Of a stretch of 64,000 bases of DNA, positions 48,051-58,019 are shown piece after piece (positions within the stretch are counted from its first letter, which is position 1; each line of letters begins with the position of its first letter). The position numbers were made by a program, and so were the translations under genes. The stretch comes from Candidatus Zixiibacteriota bacterium (lineage in GTDB: Bacteria > Zixibacteria > MSB-5A5 > GN15 > JAAZOE01), in the NCBI GenBank assembly GCA_043819555.1, contig JBDREQ010000025.1, positions 162,244 through 226,243 on the forward strand. Direction: 5' to 3'. The notes under the pieces are model-generated. The model worked only from the letters and a program-made list of their open reading frames with translations. It searched no databases and had not been told where the DNA came from.

Positions 48051-48264
48051 ACTAATCCCTTAATATAAAGTGACAATAATTTTCATACCTATCACAATAA
48101 TGACGTATTTCCCCGTCATTTTATAAAACAGAAATGTATAATAATTATTTATGCATTGACTGGCAAGCGTCAAACGACGTTTTTTTAATATTTTTTTGAT
48201 ATAAATCTGTTCGCTTTAACCCGTTTTTGTCAGTATAATGGCATCCTAAAGGTAGATAACACTC

Positions 48265-49515
48265 TTGAAAATGTTCGTAAAACTCTACGGCTTTGATTCC
48301 CGCGTCTATATTCTTGGGATAGGTTGGTTGGTTACATCAGCCGGATTTGCAATGGTCATTCCCTTTATGACCATTTATTTCTTTCAAGAACTCCATATGT
48401 CAATGGGAGCAATAGGCTTATTTTTCGGCGTTACCGCCATTTTAAGAACTTTGCCTCAACCCATTGCGGGTGAATTGTCAGACCGAATGGGTCGTGTTCC
48501 ACTAATGGCTTGGTCGCAAATATTGCGATCCTTTACTTTTGTTGGGGTCGCAATCGCAATTGCCGCGGGTAAAGGTTTTTTGGTTATTGGATCAATAATC
48601 GGCTTGAATTTTATGTTGGGGGCGTTTGTTCACCCGGCCGGCAATGCCATGATTGCTGACCTCGTTCAAAAAGAACGACGGATATCGGCCTATGCTTTTC
48701 TGAGAATTGCTGGAAACCTTGGTTGGGCCATTGGTCCGGCGGCCGGAGGATTTATCGCCCAAAAATCGTATGCGGTTCTATTCTTATGCGCCGGATTTAT
48801 GGCGCTTTTATCAGGTTTGTTTTTTAAAGTATTTTTGCGGGATGTACCGATTAAACCTCGTTCGAAGCAGTCTGCTTTTAATCTGAGAGACATTTTCAAT
48901 GTCAGCAAGGATAAAAAGCTTTTTAGACATTGTGTTATATCCCTCATTCTTTTTCTCGCGGTTGCTCAACTAATTGCCGCTCTTTCTGTCTACAGCACGG
49001 ACACGATCGGAATTTCCAAACAAAGCCTTGGGATTCTATATTTGATTAATGGGGCCATGGTTGTTTTCCTGCAATATCCCGTCTCAGGCGCGTTAAAAAA
49101 GTTCCGTTTAACAAGGCAATTGGCGTTGGGGGCGTTAATATATACGATCGGATACTTCAGTGTCGGATTTGCGACCGGATTTATTTATCTGATTATATGC
49201 ATGATTGTAATAACCCTGGCTGAAATTATTGTTTCGCCGCCCTCGGTTACCATTGTCGCCAATTTATCGAAGCCTGGATTCTATGGCCGTTATATGGGTA
49301 TTTTTGGGCTTTTTCAAACTCTCGGGTGGTCATTGGGGCCAACTCTGGGAGGATTTTTGCTTGATATTTTTAAGTATAATCAGACGTACATGTGGATGGT
49401 TATTTCATGCTTCTCCGCCTTGGCGGGAATCCTTTATTTGAAATCTGAAAGAAAACTCCCGCCCCTGGTAAATAATGGCACAAAAACCGAACAAGGCGGC
49501 ATGGCAAATGGCTGA
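48265..49515 (+). CDS. MFS transporter
   Basis: About 12 TMs, motif A GELSDRMGRVP, NLGWAIGPAAGG, GRYMG. TTG start. Confidence 0.9.
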   Translation: MKMFVKLYGFDSRVYILGIGWLVTSAGFAMVIPFMTIYFFQELHMSMGAIGLFFGVTAILRTLPQPIAGELSDRMGRVPLMAWSQILRSFTFVGVAIAIAAGKGFLVIGSIIGLNFMLGAFVHPAGNAMIADLVQKERRISAYAFLRIAGNLGWAIGPAAGGFIAQKSYAVLFLCAGFMALLSGLFFKVFLRDVPIKPRSKQSAFNLRDIFNVSKDKKLFRHCVISLILFLAVAQLIAALSVYSTDTIGISKQSLGILYLINGAMVVFLQYPVSGALKKFRLTRQLALGALIYTIGYFSVGFATGFIYLIICMIVITLAEIIVSPPSVTIVANLSKPGFYGRYMGIFGLFQTLGWSLGPTLGGFLLDIFKYNQTYMWMVISCFSALAGILYLKSERKLPPLVNNGTKTEQGGMANG

Positions 49516-50692
49516 AGCGAGCGTAATAAAGAAATGCTCGGTGCTGTTTTTATATACCGAAATCGGCAGAGGACATCCGACATATCTGGATGGCATTATT
49601 GAAATTCTTGATAAGAACTATCGGGAAATAAAATTCCATAGGACTGATGTATTTTCGCTATCATCGGGATTGTCCCTATTGTGCTGGAAAATAATCCAAA
49701 TGATATATTATCTTGGGGCACGCGGTGGAGTCGTCTCAAATCTGTATAACTGGTTCAGGAAAAGATTAAAGCCGGGAAAAGAAAACGGTATTTTATTGCG
49801 GCTATTGGGCAAGGCACTGATTAAATATCTAAAAGGTTTCTCGGGATTAATAGTTGTTGCTCATCCCATTCTTGTTCAGATTCTCGGTTCTCATTTTGAT
49901 GTCGTTTACCAGCATGGAGAGTTAGTCACCCCCGATGAAGCCATTGTAAAAAACTGTCGGAAAATAATTGTCCCGCTTCAAATCACTGCCGATAAATTCA
50001 GAAAAGCTGGAATTCAATCAAAAAACATTGCGATAGTTGGCCAATGCATAGAGAATGGATTAGTTTCGCTCTCGCGGATTTCAATCGAAAAGCGCCTGGA
50101 AAGATTAAAAACCGCTGAGAAATTAATGGGTGCGATATTCTCCTCTGGGGCTTGTCCCGCTTCGCACATTAACAAAATTATCCTCATAACTGAATCCTTA
50201 TTGAATTACGGGCACGATGTAATAATTTTCACCGGAAATTCAATAAAACTAAGGAGAAAACTGACAGATTATTTCTCTCGTAAAAATATAGTATTTTCTG
50301 AAACTCTAAATGCGAAAACAAATCTAAAGATAATTTATAGCGAGAACAGAGATTTGGAAAACGAATCAACAGCGAAGATATTTCCTCAATTCGATTTTTT
50401 TATAGCTCCCGCTCACGAAAGAACTAATTGGGGGATTGGTCTGGGAATCCCTCATTTTATTCTATGCCCACACTACGGGTCTTTTGCTCCCCTTAATGCC
50501 AGATTCGCAATGGAACTGGGAGTCGCTATCGAAATTAAAGACCTTATGACTTCTCGAAATTTTGGCAAATTGATTAACGATCTCAGAAATAGGGGTGAAT
50601 TGGAGCGCATGATAAATAATGGATTGGGGCGCTATGAAATGACAGGCTTTTCTCAAGCCGCTCGCGTTATATCTTCAATGGTTAGTTCGTAG
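49508..50692 (+). CDS. Putative GT-B fold protein (MGDG-synthase/MurG-like), function unknown
   Basis: LFLYTEIGRGH N-terminal loop, IVVAHP, FSSGA. Likely ATG at 49508 overlapping the MFS end. Confidence 0.45.
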   Translation: MAEASVIKKCSVLFLYTEIGRGHPTYLDGIIEILDKNYREIKFHRTDVFSLSSGLSLLCWKIIQMIYYLGARGGVVSNLYNWFRKRLKPGKENGILLRLLGKALIKYLKGFSGLIVVAHPILVQILGSHFDVVYQHGELVTPDEAIVKNCRKIIVPLQITADKFRKAGIQSKNIAIVGQCIENGLVSLSRISIEKRLERLKTAEKLMGAIFSSGACPASHINKIILITESLLNYGHDVIIFTGNSIKLRRKLTDYFSRKNIVFSETLNAKTNLKIIYSENRDLENESTAKIFPQFDFFIAPAHERTNWGIGLGIPHFILCPHYGSFAPLNARFAMELGVAIEIKDLMTSRNFGKLINDLRNRGELERMINNGLGRYEMTGFSQAARVISSMVSS

Positions 50693-50711
50693 ACCATTAT
50701 AAAATATCATC

Positions 50712-50740
50712 TTGTACTGCCGCATAATTCGCATTATATT
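50712..50740 (+). promoter_or_regulatory. Putative sigma70 promoter for paralog 3 and pepC
   Basis: TTGTAC-N17-TATATT. Confidence 0.5.
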
Positions 50741-50779
50741 GGCTGGGCAATTTGTAAAAGTATTGAAAAAGGTGCATCA

Positions 50780-53287
50780 TTGAGAAATGCGGCTATTGTC
50801 AAGGGATTTATCGCAGGAATTATCACTCCTTTTTTAATCCTCAACCCATGCCAATCCAAATCCAAATTTAATCCTTCAAATAATTCCAATCTTGTTTTTC
50901 AAAGGCCAGCCGAAGGTGAGTTTCCAAATTTCGCGATAGAGGTACATAAAATTAATAAGCTGTGGCTCTCGGTAACAAACTCGGGCATGTTTGGTACCGG
51001 GTTCGCTGATACGTATATTGATCCGGAAACGGGTCGTCCGGCGCCGTCATGCGAGTATCCGGCCGGTTCAGATATTACTTATTTATATATAGCGGCCATT
51101 TGGGCGGGGGCTGTCGTCGGCCGGGATACGCTCGTTTCAGTCGGCTCAGATGGAAATTACGATGTCAATGAATTCTGGCCCGATGCCGGTGAACGAGGAG
51201 CCTTTATTCGCCAAAGCATCATGCGTACCTCGCATGAATATTCGCCAGACGCGGTTTCAGAGCAAGATTATATCTGTATCTTTACCGATACCAATACCAG
51301 CGGAAGTTTGACTGGCGAAGACCCGGTCGATAACAGACCTCATGTCCCCCTGGGACTGGAGGTGACCCAGCGCAGTTATGCCTGGAGCTATGATTATGCC
51401 GAGGATTTCATTATTCTCGATTATTCCATTAGGAATATAAATCGATTCCCGCTGAAAGATCTTTATTTGGGTATTTATGTCGATGCCGATGTCTACCATG
51501 CTTCACATCAGGGCGGATTTGAAGATGATATTTGCGGTTACCTGCATTCAATTCCCTCGTTCAACCCTCCCGGTTTTGAAGATACCGTGAGGATAGCCTG
51601 GAATGCCGATAATGATGGCGACCCTAATCTGCAGGCTGGGAATATTTTTGATTTTACTTCGTCGACCAGCGCGACCGGAACCTCAGTCCTGCGGACTCCA
51701 AATCCGGACTTGCAACTCTCTTTTAATTGGTGGATCGCCCATCCGGATCCCGCTTTGGATTGGGGACCACGGTTAATCGGTTCGGAAGAAAGCCCTTTTC
51801 GAGATTTCGGGACTGGAATGGGGCGGCCTTCAGGAGATCTCAATAAATATCATATCATGTCAAATGATGAATTTGATTATGACCAATTGGAGTCGGCTGT
51901 TAATCATTCTTCGGAGGGGTGGCTGGGACCGCCTCAAAACTCAGCCGATTTTGCTGATGGTTTTGATAATCGTTACCTATTTTCCTTTGGCCCTTTTGAT
52001 ATCCAGCCCGGAGACACTTTGCCGATCACACTGGCTTACGTGGCCGGTGAAGATTTTCATGTTCGGGATAAAGATTTTTCTGAAACGTGGGATCCTCATA
52101 ATCCTTATGTCTATATGGAAAGACTTGATATGTCGGACATTGGGCGAAACGCAATGTGGGCCAATTGGGTATTTGACAATCCCGGATTTGATACCGATGG
52201 CGATGGCGATTCCGGCAGCGTTCGCTGGGTCATTGATTCATTGACAATGGACTCAACCGCCTATTTTTATGCCGGGGATGGGATCGCCGATTTTCGCGGA
52301 GCCGCTCCACCACCACCGCCCCCGCTAAACATCACCTCTGAATACGGAAAACTGCGGATTCGATGGAATGGCGAGCTTTCGGAAACCAACATCGATGTTT
52401 TTTCAGGTTTGAGAGATTTTGAAGGTTATCGGGTGTATTTTGGGGAAGATAATCGACAGGATGATTACATCTTGGTGACCTCATATGACCTTGAAAATTA
52501 TAATATGTACACATGGGATGCCAGATTACAGATGTGGAATCAGTCCGATATCCCCCTGTCAATGGATTCAATTACGACTTTATTTGAACCGGGATTTGAT
52601 CCCAATCAGTACCTGTCCCCGGATGATTCTTATCTTGAGGATGGGAATTACTTTTATTTTCGCGCACAGGATTGGAACCAATCCTCATTGTCAAATCCGC
52701 AAGGCATAAGAAAAATTTACCCCGATGCCGACCCGAATGATCTCTCTGATACGACTGAAAATGGGCATCACAGGTTCTATGAATATGAATATATTCTGGA
52801 TAATCTCCAAGCCTCGGTGCCATATTATGTTTCCGTAACCGCATTTGATTTTGGGAGCCGAAAAGCGGCGCTCTCGGTTCTGGAATCCGCGCCAAATCTT
52901 AGCGCAGTTCAGGCTTACGCCTTACCATCGGTGGAATTGGTTGAGGCTGAAGCGCTCAATGTCAAGGTTTTTCCCAATCCTTATCGGATTGACGGCGGGT
53001 ATGCCGCGGACGGATACGAAAATAGAGATCGCACCCGTTCAGCCGAACGCACGCGGGCCATCAACTTTACTAATTTGCCCAAAATTTGTACGATTAGAAT
53101 ATTTACTCTGGCCGGCGACCTGATAAAATTAATTAACCATTTTGAACCCGACGGCGGCCCAAAAGCCCAACGCGACACCTGGAATGTTGTTTCGCGCAAT
53201 ACGCAGGCAATCACTACGGGGATTTATATATATACCGTCTCATCGGAGATGGGAGAACAAATCGGGAAAATAGTTATCATGAAATAA
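50780..53287 (+). CDS. Secreted protein of unknown function, paralog 3 (T9SS-like CTD)
   Basis: HKINKLWLSVTNSG, SCEYPAGS, YAWSYDYAEDF, DFRGAAPPPPP, VFPNPYR...IGKIVIMK*. TTG start. Confidence 0.85.
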   Translation: MRNAAIVKGFIAGIITPFLILNPCQSKSKFNPSNNSNLVFQRPAEGEFPNFAIEVHKINKLWLSVTNSGMFGTGFADTYIDPETGRPAPSCEYPAGSDITYLYIAAIWAGAVVGRDTLVSVGSDGNYDVNEFWPDAGERGAFIRQSIMRTSHEYSPDAVSEQDYICIFTDTNTSGSLTGEDPVDNRPHVPLGLEVTQRSYAWSYDYAEDFIILDYSIRNINRFPLKDLYLGIYVDADVYHASHQGGFEDDICGYLHSIPSFNPPGFEDTVRIAWNADNDGDPNLQAGNIFDFTSSTSATGTSVLRTPNPDLQLSFNWWIAHPDPALDWGPRLIGSEESPFRDFGTGMGRPSGDLNKYHIMSNDEFDYDQLESAVNHSSEGWLGPPQNSADFADGFDNRYLFSFGPFDIQPGDTLPITLAYVAGEDFHVRDKDFSETWDPHNPYVYMERLDMSDIGRNAMWANWVFDNPGFDTDGDGDSGSVRWVIDSLTMDSTAYFYAGDGIADFRGAAPPPPPPLNITSEYGKLRIRWNGELSETNIDVFSGLRDFEGYRVYFGEDNRQDDYILVTSYDLENYNMYTWDARLQMWNQSDIPLSMDSITTLFEPGFDPNQYLSPDDSYLEDGNYFYFRAQDWNQSSLSNPQGIRKIYPDADPNDLSDTTENGHHRFYEYEYILDNLQASVPYYVSVTAFDFGSRKAALSVLESAPNLSAVQAYALPSVELVEAEALNVKVFPNPYRIDGGYAADGYENRDRTRSAERTRAINFTNLPKICTIRIFTLAGDLIKLINHFEPDGGPKAQRDTWNVVSRNTQAITTGIYIYTVSSEMGEQIGKIVIMK

Positions 53288-53322
53288 TCATGATTCTTTC
53301 ATAACCTAAAAAAGGAGTCCTT

Positions 53323-54738
53323 ATGACTGTAAAACTCTCTGTAATTTCTATGATGGCCCTGTTTATTATCACAGGAGCAATACCATCGAACGCAAAAAAC
53401 AATGGGGGAATTTCAAACAAATTGATTGAGCAACTTCAGTCAAAACCGATGCCGGAAGCTGACAAAACAATTGGTAATATTCTGGCCAATAAAGACATTA
53501 AGGAAATTGCCGTAAATTGGGAAAAGATGATTGCTCATAATAATCATGTAAACCATAAAATCAAAACCAGTGCAATTACCGATCAGAAAAGTTCAGGAAG
53601 GTGCTGGATATTTTCCGGACTGAATGTTTTGCGGCCGCAGGCAATGAAAAATCTTAAAGTTAAAGATTTGGAGTTTTCTCAAAATTACATCCATTTCTGG
53701 GAAAAATTCGAAAAATCGAATTTCTTTTTGCAAAGGATGATTGATCTGGCCGATCGGCCTATCGACGATCGTGAACTGGAAATGGTTTTGGGCGATGACA
53801 TCGGCGATGGCGGCTGGTGGAATTATTTTACAGCGCTTGTAAAAAAGTATGGCCTGGTTCCCATGGAAATAATGCCGGAAACCTATAATAGCTCGGCAAC
53901 CGGACGCATGAACGGATTTCTCAAGCTTCTCGTTAAAGGATTCGGAATAGAATTGAGAAACATGGCCCGGGATGGTAAATCTGATAAAGATTTGATGCAA
54001 AGAAAAGAAGAAATGCTTGCAGAAACTTATCGGTTATTGGTTTTGCATCTGGGCCAGCCTCCGACCGAATTTACCTGGCGCCATGAATCGACCGATACAA
54101 CAATTGAAGGTACGGTGACCGAAAAATATACACCTGAATCTTTCAAAAATGCAGCCATTACTGACGATTTTGATGATTACGTGGCCTTGTTTAATTATCC
54201 TGGCAAGGAATTATATCAGAACTATAATATGACCATGAGTCGCAATATGTATGATGAAGCCGATATGAGGATTGTTAACGTGCCGCTCGATACGATGAAA
54301 ATGTACTCGATGAAATCCGTACTGGATTCCATGCCGGTTTGGTTTGCCATGGATGTTAGTCAGGAAAATTATGGCGATAAAGGCATCATGAGACTGGGGA
54401 TTTATGATTACGAATCAATCCTGGGACTTGAATTTAACCTGCCCAGGGAAGATTTGATGCATCTGGGATTGATCGATGCGACCCATGCTATGGCCTTTAT
54501 GGGCGTCGATATAGTCGATAATTATCCGGCCAAATGGCTGGTTGAAAACAGCTATGGCGCGAAGCCGGGAGACGACGGCAAATGGTACTTATATGACGAC
54601 TGGTTCGATAGGTACATGTATGGAGTCATCATTCACAAGCGATATTTGTCAAAAGAATTGCTCGATATTTCAAAATCGAAACCAATTATGCTGACTCCCT
54701 GGGATCCTATGGGCGAAGTCGTCAGAAGAAACAACTAA
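53323..54738 (+). CDS. pepC: Aminopeptidase C / bleomycin hydrolase (C1B) with signal peptide
   Basis: DQKSSGRCWIF (catalytic Cys), DGGWW, THAM (His), VENSYG (Asn). Confidence 0.9.
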   Translation: MTVKLSVISMMALFIITGAIPSNAKNNGGISNKLIEQLQSKPMPEADKTIGNILANKDIKEIAVNWEKMIAHNNHVNHKIKTSAITDQKSSGRCWIFSGLNVLRPQAMKNLKVKDLEFSQNYIHFWEKFEKSNFFLQRMIDLADRPIDDRELEMVLGDDIGDGGWWNYFTALVKKYGLVPMEIMPETYNSSATGRMNGFLKLLVKGFGIELRNMARDGKSDKDLMQRKEEMLAETYRLLVLHLGQPPTEFTWRHESTDTTIEGTVTEKYTPESFKNAAITDDFDDYVALFNYPGKELYQNYNMTMSRNMYDEADMRIVNVPLDTMKMYSMKSVLDSMPVWFAMDVSQENYGDKGIMRLGIYDYESILGLEFNLPREDLMHLGLIDATHAMAFMGVDIVDNYPAKWLVENSYGAKPGDDGKWYLYDDWFDRYMYGVIIHKRYLSKELLDISKSKPIMLTPWDPMGEVVRRNN

Positions 54739-54752
54739 GCGCGTTTATATTG

Positions 54753-54782
54753 AATAAGGCGGTCCTTGGCCGCCTTATTTTT
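54753..54782 (+). terminator. Intrinsic terminator after pepC
   Basis: AATAAGGCGGTC-CTT-GGCCGCCTTATT followed by TTT. Confidence 0.8.
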
Positions 54783-54930
54783 GATATTAATTTTGTTTCG
54801 CAATACACCGAAAATGGCACGCATTTAATATTGACATATAGATTAATAATCTCTTAGTTTATTAGTGAATTCACAGGAAGTTGAAATCTCTACCGGACAA
54901 ACCGGTATTTTTTTAAACGCGGAGAATTGT

Positions 54931-56289
54931 GTGAAAATTGTCATTGTCGGCGGAGGAGTCGTCGGTTATAGTCTGGCGCGGCAACTACTGCATGAAAAAC
55001 ATACTGTTGTACTGATCGAGCAGACTCCTGAAGTCGCTGAACACATTGCTGAAAAAATGGATTTGCAGGTATTGGCCGGATCGGGATCTTCGCCCACGGT
55101 TCTTCAGCAAGCCGGAATCGAAGGCGCCGATATGCTGATTGCCGTCACGCCGGTTGACGAAATAAATATCTTAGTCTGCAGTATTGCCCGGCAATATGGA
55201 GTTCCTCAGCGCATCGCTCGCCTGCGAAACCGCGAATTTATATCTCCTGACAGACACGTCAGCCTGGTGGATTTGGGCGTGACGCAGTTTATTTTCCCCG
55301 AGCAGGTCGTAGTTGATTCAATTCTCCAATATATAGATACGCCCGGAGCACGGGAAGCCGTTAATTTTGAAAATGGGAATATATTTTTGCGCGGTTATCA
55401 AATCGAGGCGGGAATGCCAATGGTCGGCAAATCGCTTATCGAACTTCGCAGTCGTATCGAGCCGAGTATATTTTTAATTGCCGCCGTAATTCGCAATGGC
55501 AAAGGAATTATCCCACCGGGAGATTTTGTCATTGAAGCAGGAGACTTAGTATTCTCATTATTCCCGCGCGAGGTGGCTCCGCGTTTCATGGAATTGATTC
55601 ATGAATCGCCAACTCCGGTAAAAAGAGTTATAATTACCGGTAATAATTTATCCACCATGCAATTAGCTTCGGCGATTCAGGAAAAAGTCCCCACCCTTAT
55701 ATTGGTCGATCCCGACAAAGAACATGCCGAATTGATGGCCGCGGAATTAAGTAAAACCGATGTGATTTATGGCGATTGTACTGAGGCCGACACTTTAAAA
55801 GAGATGGATATTAAACGGGCCGACTTTTTTATTGCCTCTTCCAATGAGGCCGATTATAACATGTTGTCAGCTCTATTGGCCAAATCTGAAGGCGCACGGG
55901 AGGTCATTGCCGTTTCCATGGAAGAAAAGCAGGACCATCTGTTTCAATCGATAGGAATTGACCATGTTATTAATCCGAGAGTTACAGCCGCCAAAGAGAT
56001 TATGCAGATTATCAGTCGGGGGTATTTCGGCTCTGTTGTCCGGCTGGGGAGTGCCGAGATTGAAGCAGTGGGCATGACTATCCCTGTAAAATCAAAAGTT
56101 ATTGGAATCCCCTTGAAAAAGGCGTGGAAGAAAATCCGAATGAGCGCCATTATCGGTATTATCATTCGGGGCAACACTATGATTATTCCGGATGGTGAAA
56201 CGATTCTCGAAGGAAACGACCATATCATTACCATTGCATACACAAGAACATTGCCATCCATTCGAAAGCTATTCAAATCTTCAAATTGA
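54931..56289 (+). CDS. trkA: Trk potassium uptake NAD-binding subunit
   Basis: GTG start after GGAG (54921); KIVIVGGGVVG; two RCK N/C pairs. Confidence 0.92.
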   Translation: MKIVIVGGGVVGYSLARQLLHEKHTVVLIEQTPEVAEHIAEKMDLQVLAGSGSSPTVLQQAGIEGADMLIAVTPVDEINILVCSIARQYGVPQRIARLRNREFISPDRHVSLVDLGVTQFIFPEQVVVDSILQYIDTPGAREAVNFENGNIFLRGYQIEAGMPMVGKSLIELRSRIEPSIFLIAAVIRNGKGIIPPGDFVIEAGDLVFSLFPREVAPRFMELIHESPTPVKRVIITGNNLSTMQLASAIQEKVPTLILVDPDKEHAELMAAELSKTDVIYGDCTEADTLKEMDIKRADFFIASSNEADYNMLSALLAKSEGAREVIAVSMEEKQDHLFQSIGIDHVINPRVTAAKEIMQIISRGYFGSVVRLGSAEIEAVGMTIPVKSKVIGIPLKKAWKKIRMSAIIGIIIRGNTMIIPDGETILEGNDHIITIAYTRTLPSIRKLFKSSN

Positions 56290-56298
56290 TTATTGATT

Positions 56299-57897
56299 AT
56301 GGACGGTAAAGCGGTAGCATATGCCATTGGCAAAATGATGCAGTTGATTGCAATCATTCTCTGCGTTCCTTTGGGCATGGCAATATATGACCTGGAAGTA
56401 ATAACTTCGTCTGCTGTTTTTTCCAGCCCTGAGGCATTGGGCTTTGTCCTTGCGATTGCCATTTGTTTTATAGCGGGAACTTTAATAGCCTGGTTTTGCC
56501 GAGCCCATCGGGATGAGCAGGGTATTCGGGAAGGCTATGCCATCGTGGCGCTTGGCTGGATTGTGTTTGCCTTTATGGGATGCATTCCATTCTTTTTATA
56601 TTTTGTTTCTTTGAGTGGTGATTTCACTCTGCCCAATTTATTAAGTTGTTTTACGGATAGTTTCTTTGAAATAATGTCGGGATTTACGACGACGGGCGCG
56701 ACAATCCTGATTAATATTGAATCAGTCCCCGATTCCCTTTTGTTCTGGAGAAGCCTTACTCATTGGCTGGGGGGAATGGGTATTATTACCCTGGCCCTGG
56801 CTATTTTTCCGGCCATGGGAGTTTCCGGCTATCAAATGTTCAGAGGCGAAATTCCCGGCCCCGACGCCGACCGTCTCCGGCCCAGGCTGGCCCAGACCGC
56901 GGCAATTCTTTGGGGTGTTTATGCTCTATTGTCTGCTGCCGAGACAGCTCTGCTAATGCTGGGAGGAATGTCGCTTTTTGATTCCTTATGTCATACTTTC
57001 GGAACGATGGCAACTGGAGGATTTTCGACCCAAAATAGTTCCATAGCCGCTTATAACTCTGCTTACTTCGAATGGATTATTATTATTTTCATGTATCTGG
57101 CCGGAGTCAACTTTTTGATACATTTCAATGTTTTGCGGGGCAAGTGGCGGCAGGCTGTTATCAATCGCGAATTTTTATTCTATACTGGCATCATAATTTG
57201 CGCCACAGTCCTTTTTTCCGCAATTCTTTACGGGGGAAATCTCAAACCGACCGAACAATCTTTTCAACATTTCAGAAATATACCGGCAGTATCCGAGGAT
57301 TTTGGTAATTACATTATTGAAGAGAAAATAAAATATGAGGGATTTAACGATTGCGTCAGAACCAGTCTGTTTCAGACGGTCTCAATAGTCACGACGACCG
57401 GATATGGTACCGCGGATTTCAACCTCTGGCCGGATATTGGCAGGTTTTTACTCCTGATCCTTATGTTTTTTGGCGGATGCGCCGGCTCCACCGGCGGCGG
57501 TATGAAGCAGATCAGGGTTTTGATACTTATCAAAACCGGGTGGAGAGAGCTGAAAAAACTGACTTTGCCTAAATTGATTGCACCCCTTCGCATGGGTGGA
57601 ATCCTGATTGACGAGAGTAAGATTGTGAATATAGTCTCGTTTTTTATCCTGTTCATGCTATTATTTGTCGTCAGTTCGTTTTTACTGACGTTTTTTATTC
57701 CCGATCTAATCACGGCCATCTCGGCTTCGGCGGCATGCATCAATAATATCGGGCCGGGATTAAATGGCGTTGGCTCGATTGAACATTATCAGTGGATCCC
57801 CTTGCCAGGCAAATGGATATTAATCGCCTGTATGCTCCTTGGCCGCCTGGAGATATTCACCGTCCTAATTGTCTTCAGGCCATCATTCTGGAAATAG
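56299..57897 (+). CDS. trkH: Trk potassium uptake permease
   Basis: Four pore loops SGFTTTGAT, TMATGGFS, IVTTTGYG, NNIGPG; GGCAGSTGGGMK; MLLGRLEI. Confidence 0.95.
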   Translation: MDGKAVAYAIGKMMQLIAIILCVPLGMAIYDLEVITSSAVFSSPEALGFVLAIAICFIAGTLIAWFCRAHRDEQGIREGYAIVALGWIVFAFMGCIPFFLYFVSLSGDFTLPNLLSCFTDSFFEIMSGFTTTGATILINIESVPDSLLFWRSLTHWLGGMGIITLALAIFPAMGVSGYQMFRGEIPGPDADRLRPRLAQTAAILWGVYALLSAAETALLMLGGMSLFDSLCHTFGTMATGGFSTQNSSIAAYNSAYFEWIIIIFMYLAGVNFLIHFNVLRGKWRQAVINREFLFYTGIIICATVLFSAILYGGNLKPTEQSFQHFRNIPAVSEDFGNYIIEEKIKYEGFNDCVRTSLFQTVSIVTTTGYGTADFNLWPDIGRFLLLILMFFGGCAGSTGGGMKQIRVLILIKTGWRELKKLTLPKLIAPLRMGGILIDESKIVNIVSFFILFMLLFVVSSFLLTFFIPDLITAISASAACINNIGPGLNGVGSIEHYQWIPLPGKWILIACMLLGRLEIFTVLIVFRPSFWK

Positions 57898-58019
57898 AAA
57901 ATAAATACCGAATGCATATATTCTATTTGTCTTCATTGAATCTTTTTTTTATTCCTCTCGTTTATTATAATTAACAATTCCAGACGCTTTGTGAGATTAA
58001 AGCTAATAGAAAGGTCATT

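Noticed and set aside
42702..53287. Diversity-generating retroelement or invertible cassette among the paralogs
   Set aside because: No reverse transcriptase or recombinase is present, there is no near-identical repeat pair with adenine-specific differences, and divergence is largely synonymous.
54815..54830. Sigma54 promoter upstream of trkA (TGGCACG)
   Set aside because: The -24 box is perfect but there is no GC at -12 (reads TTTAAT); an adjacent TTGACA suggests sigma70.
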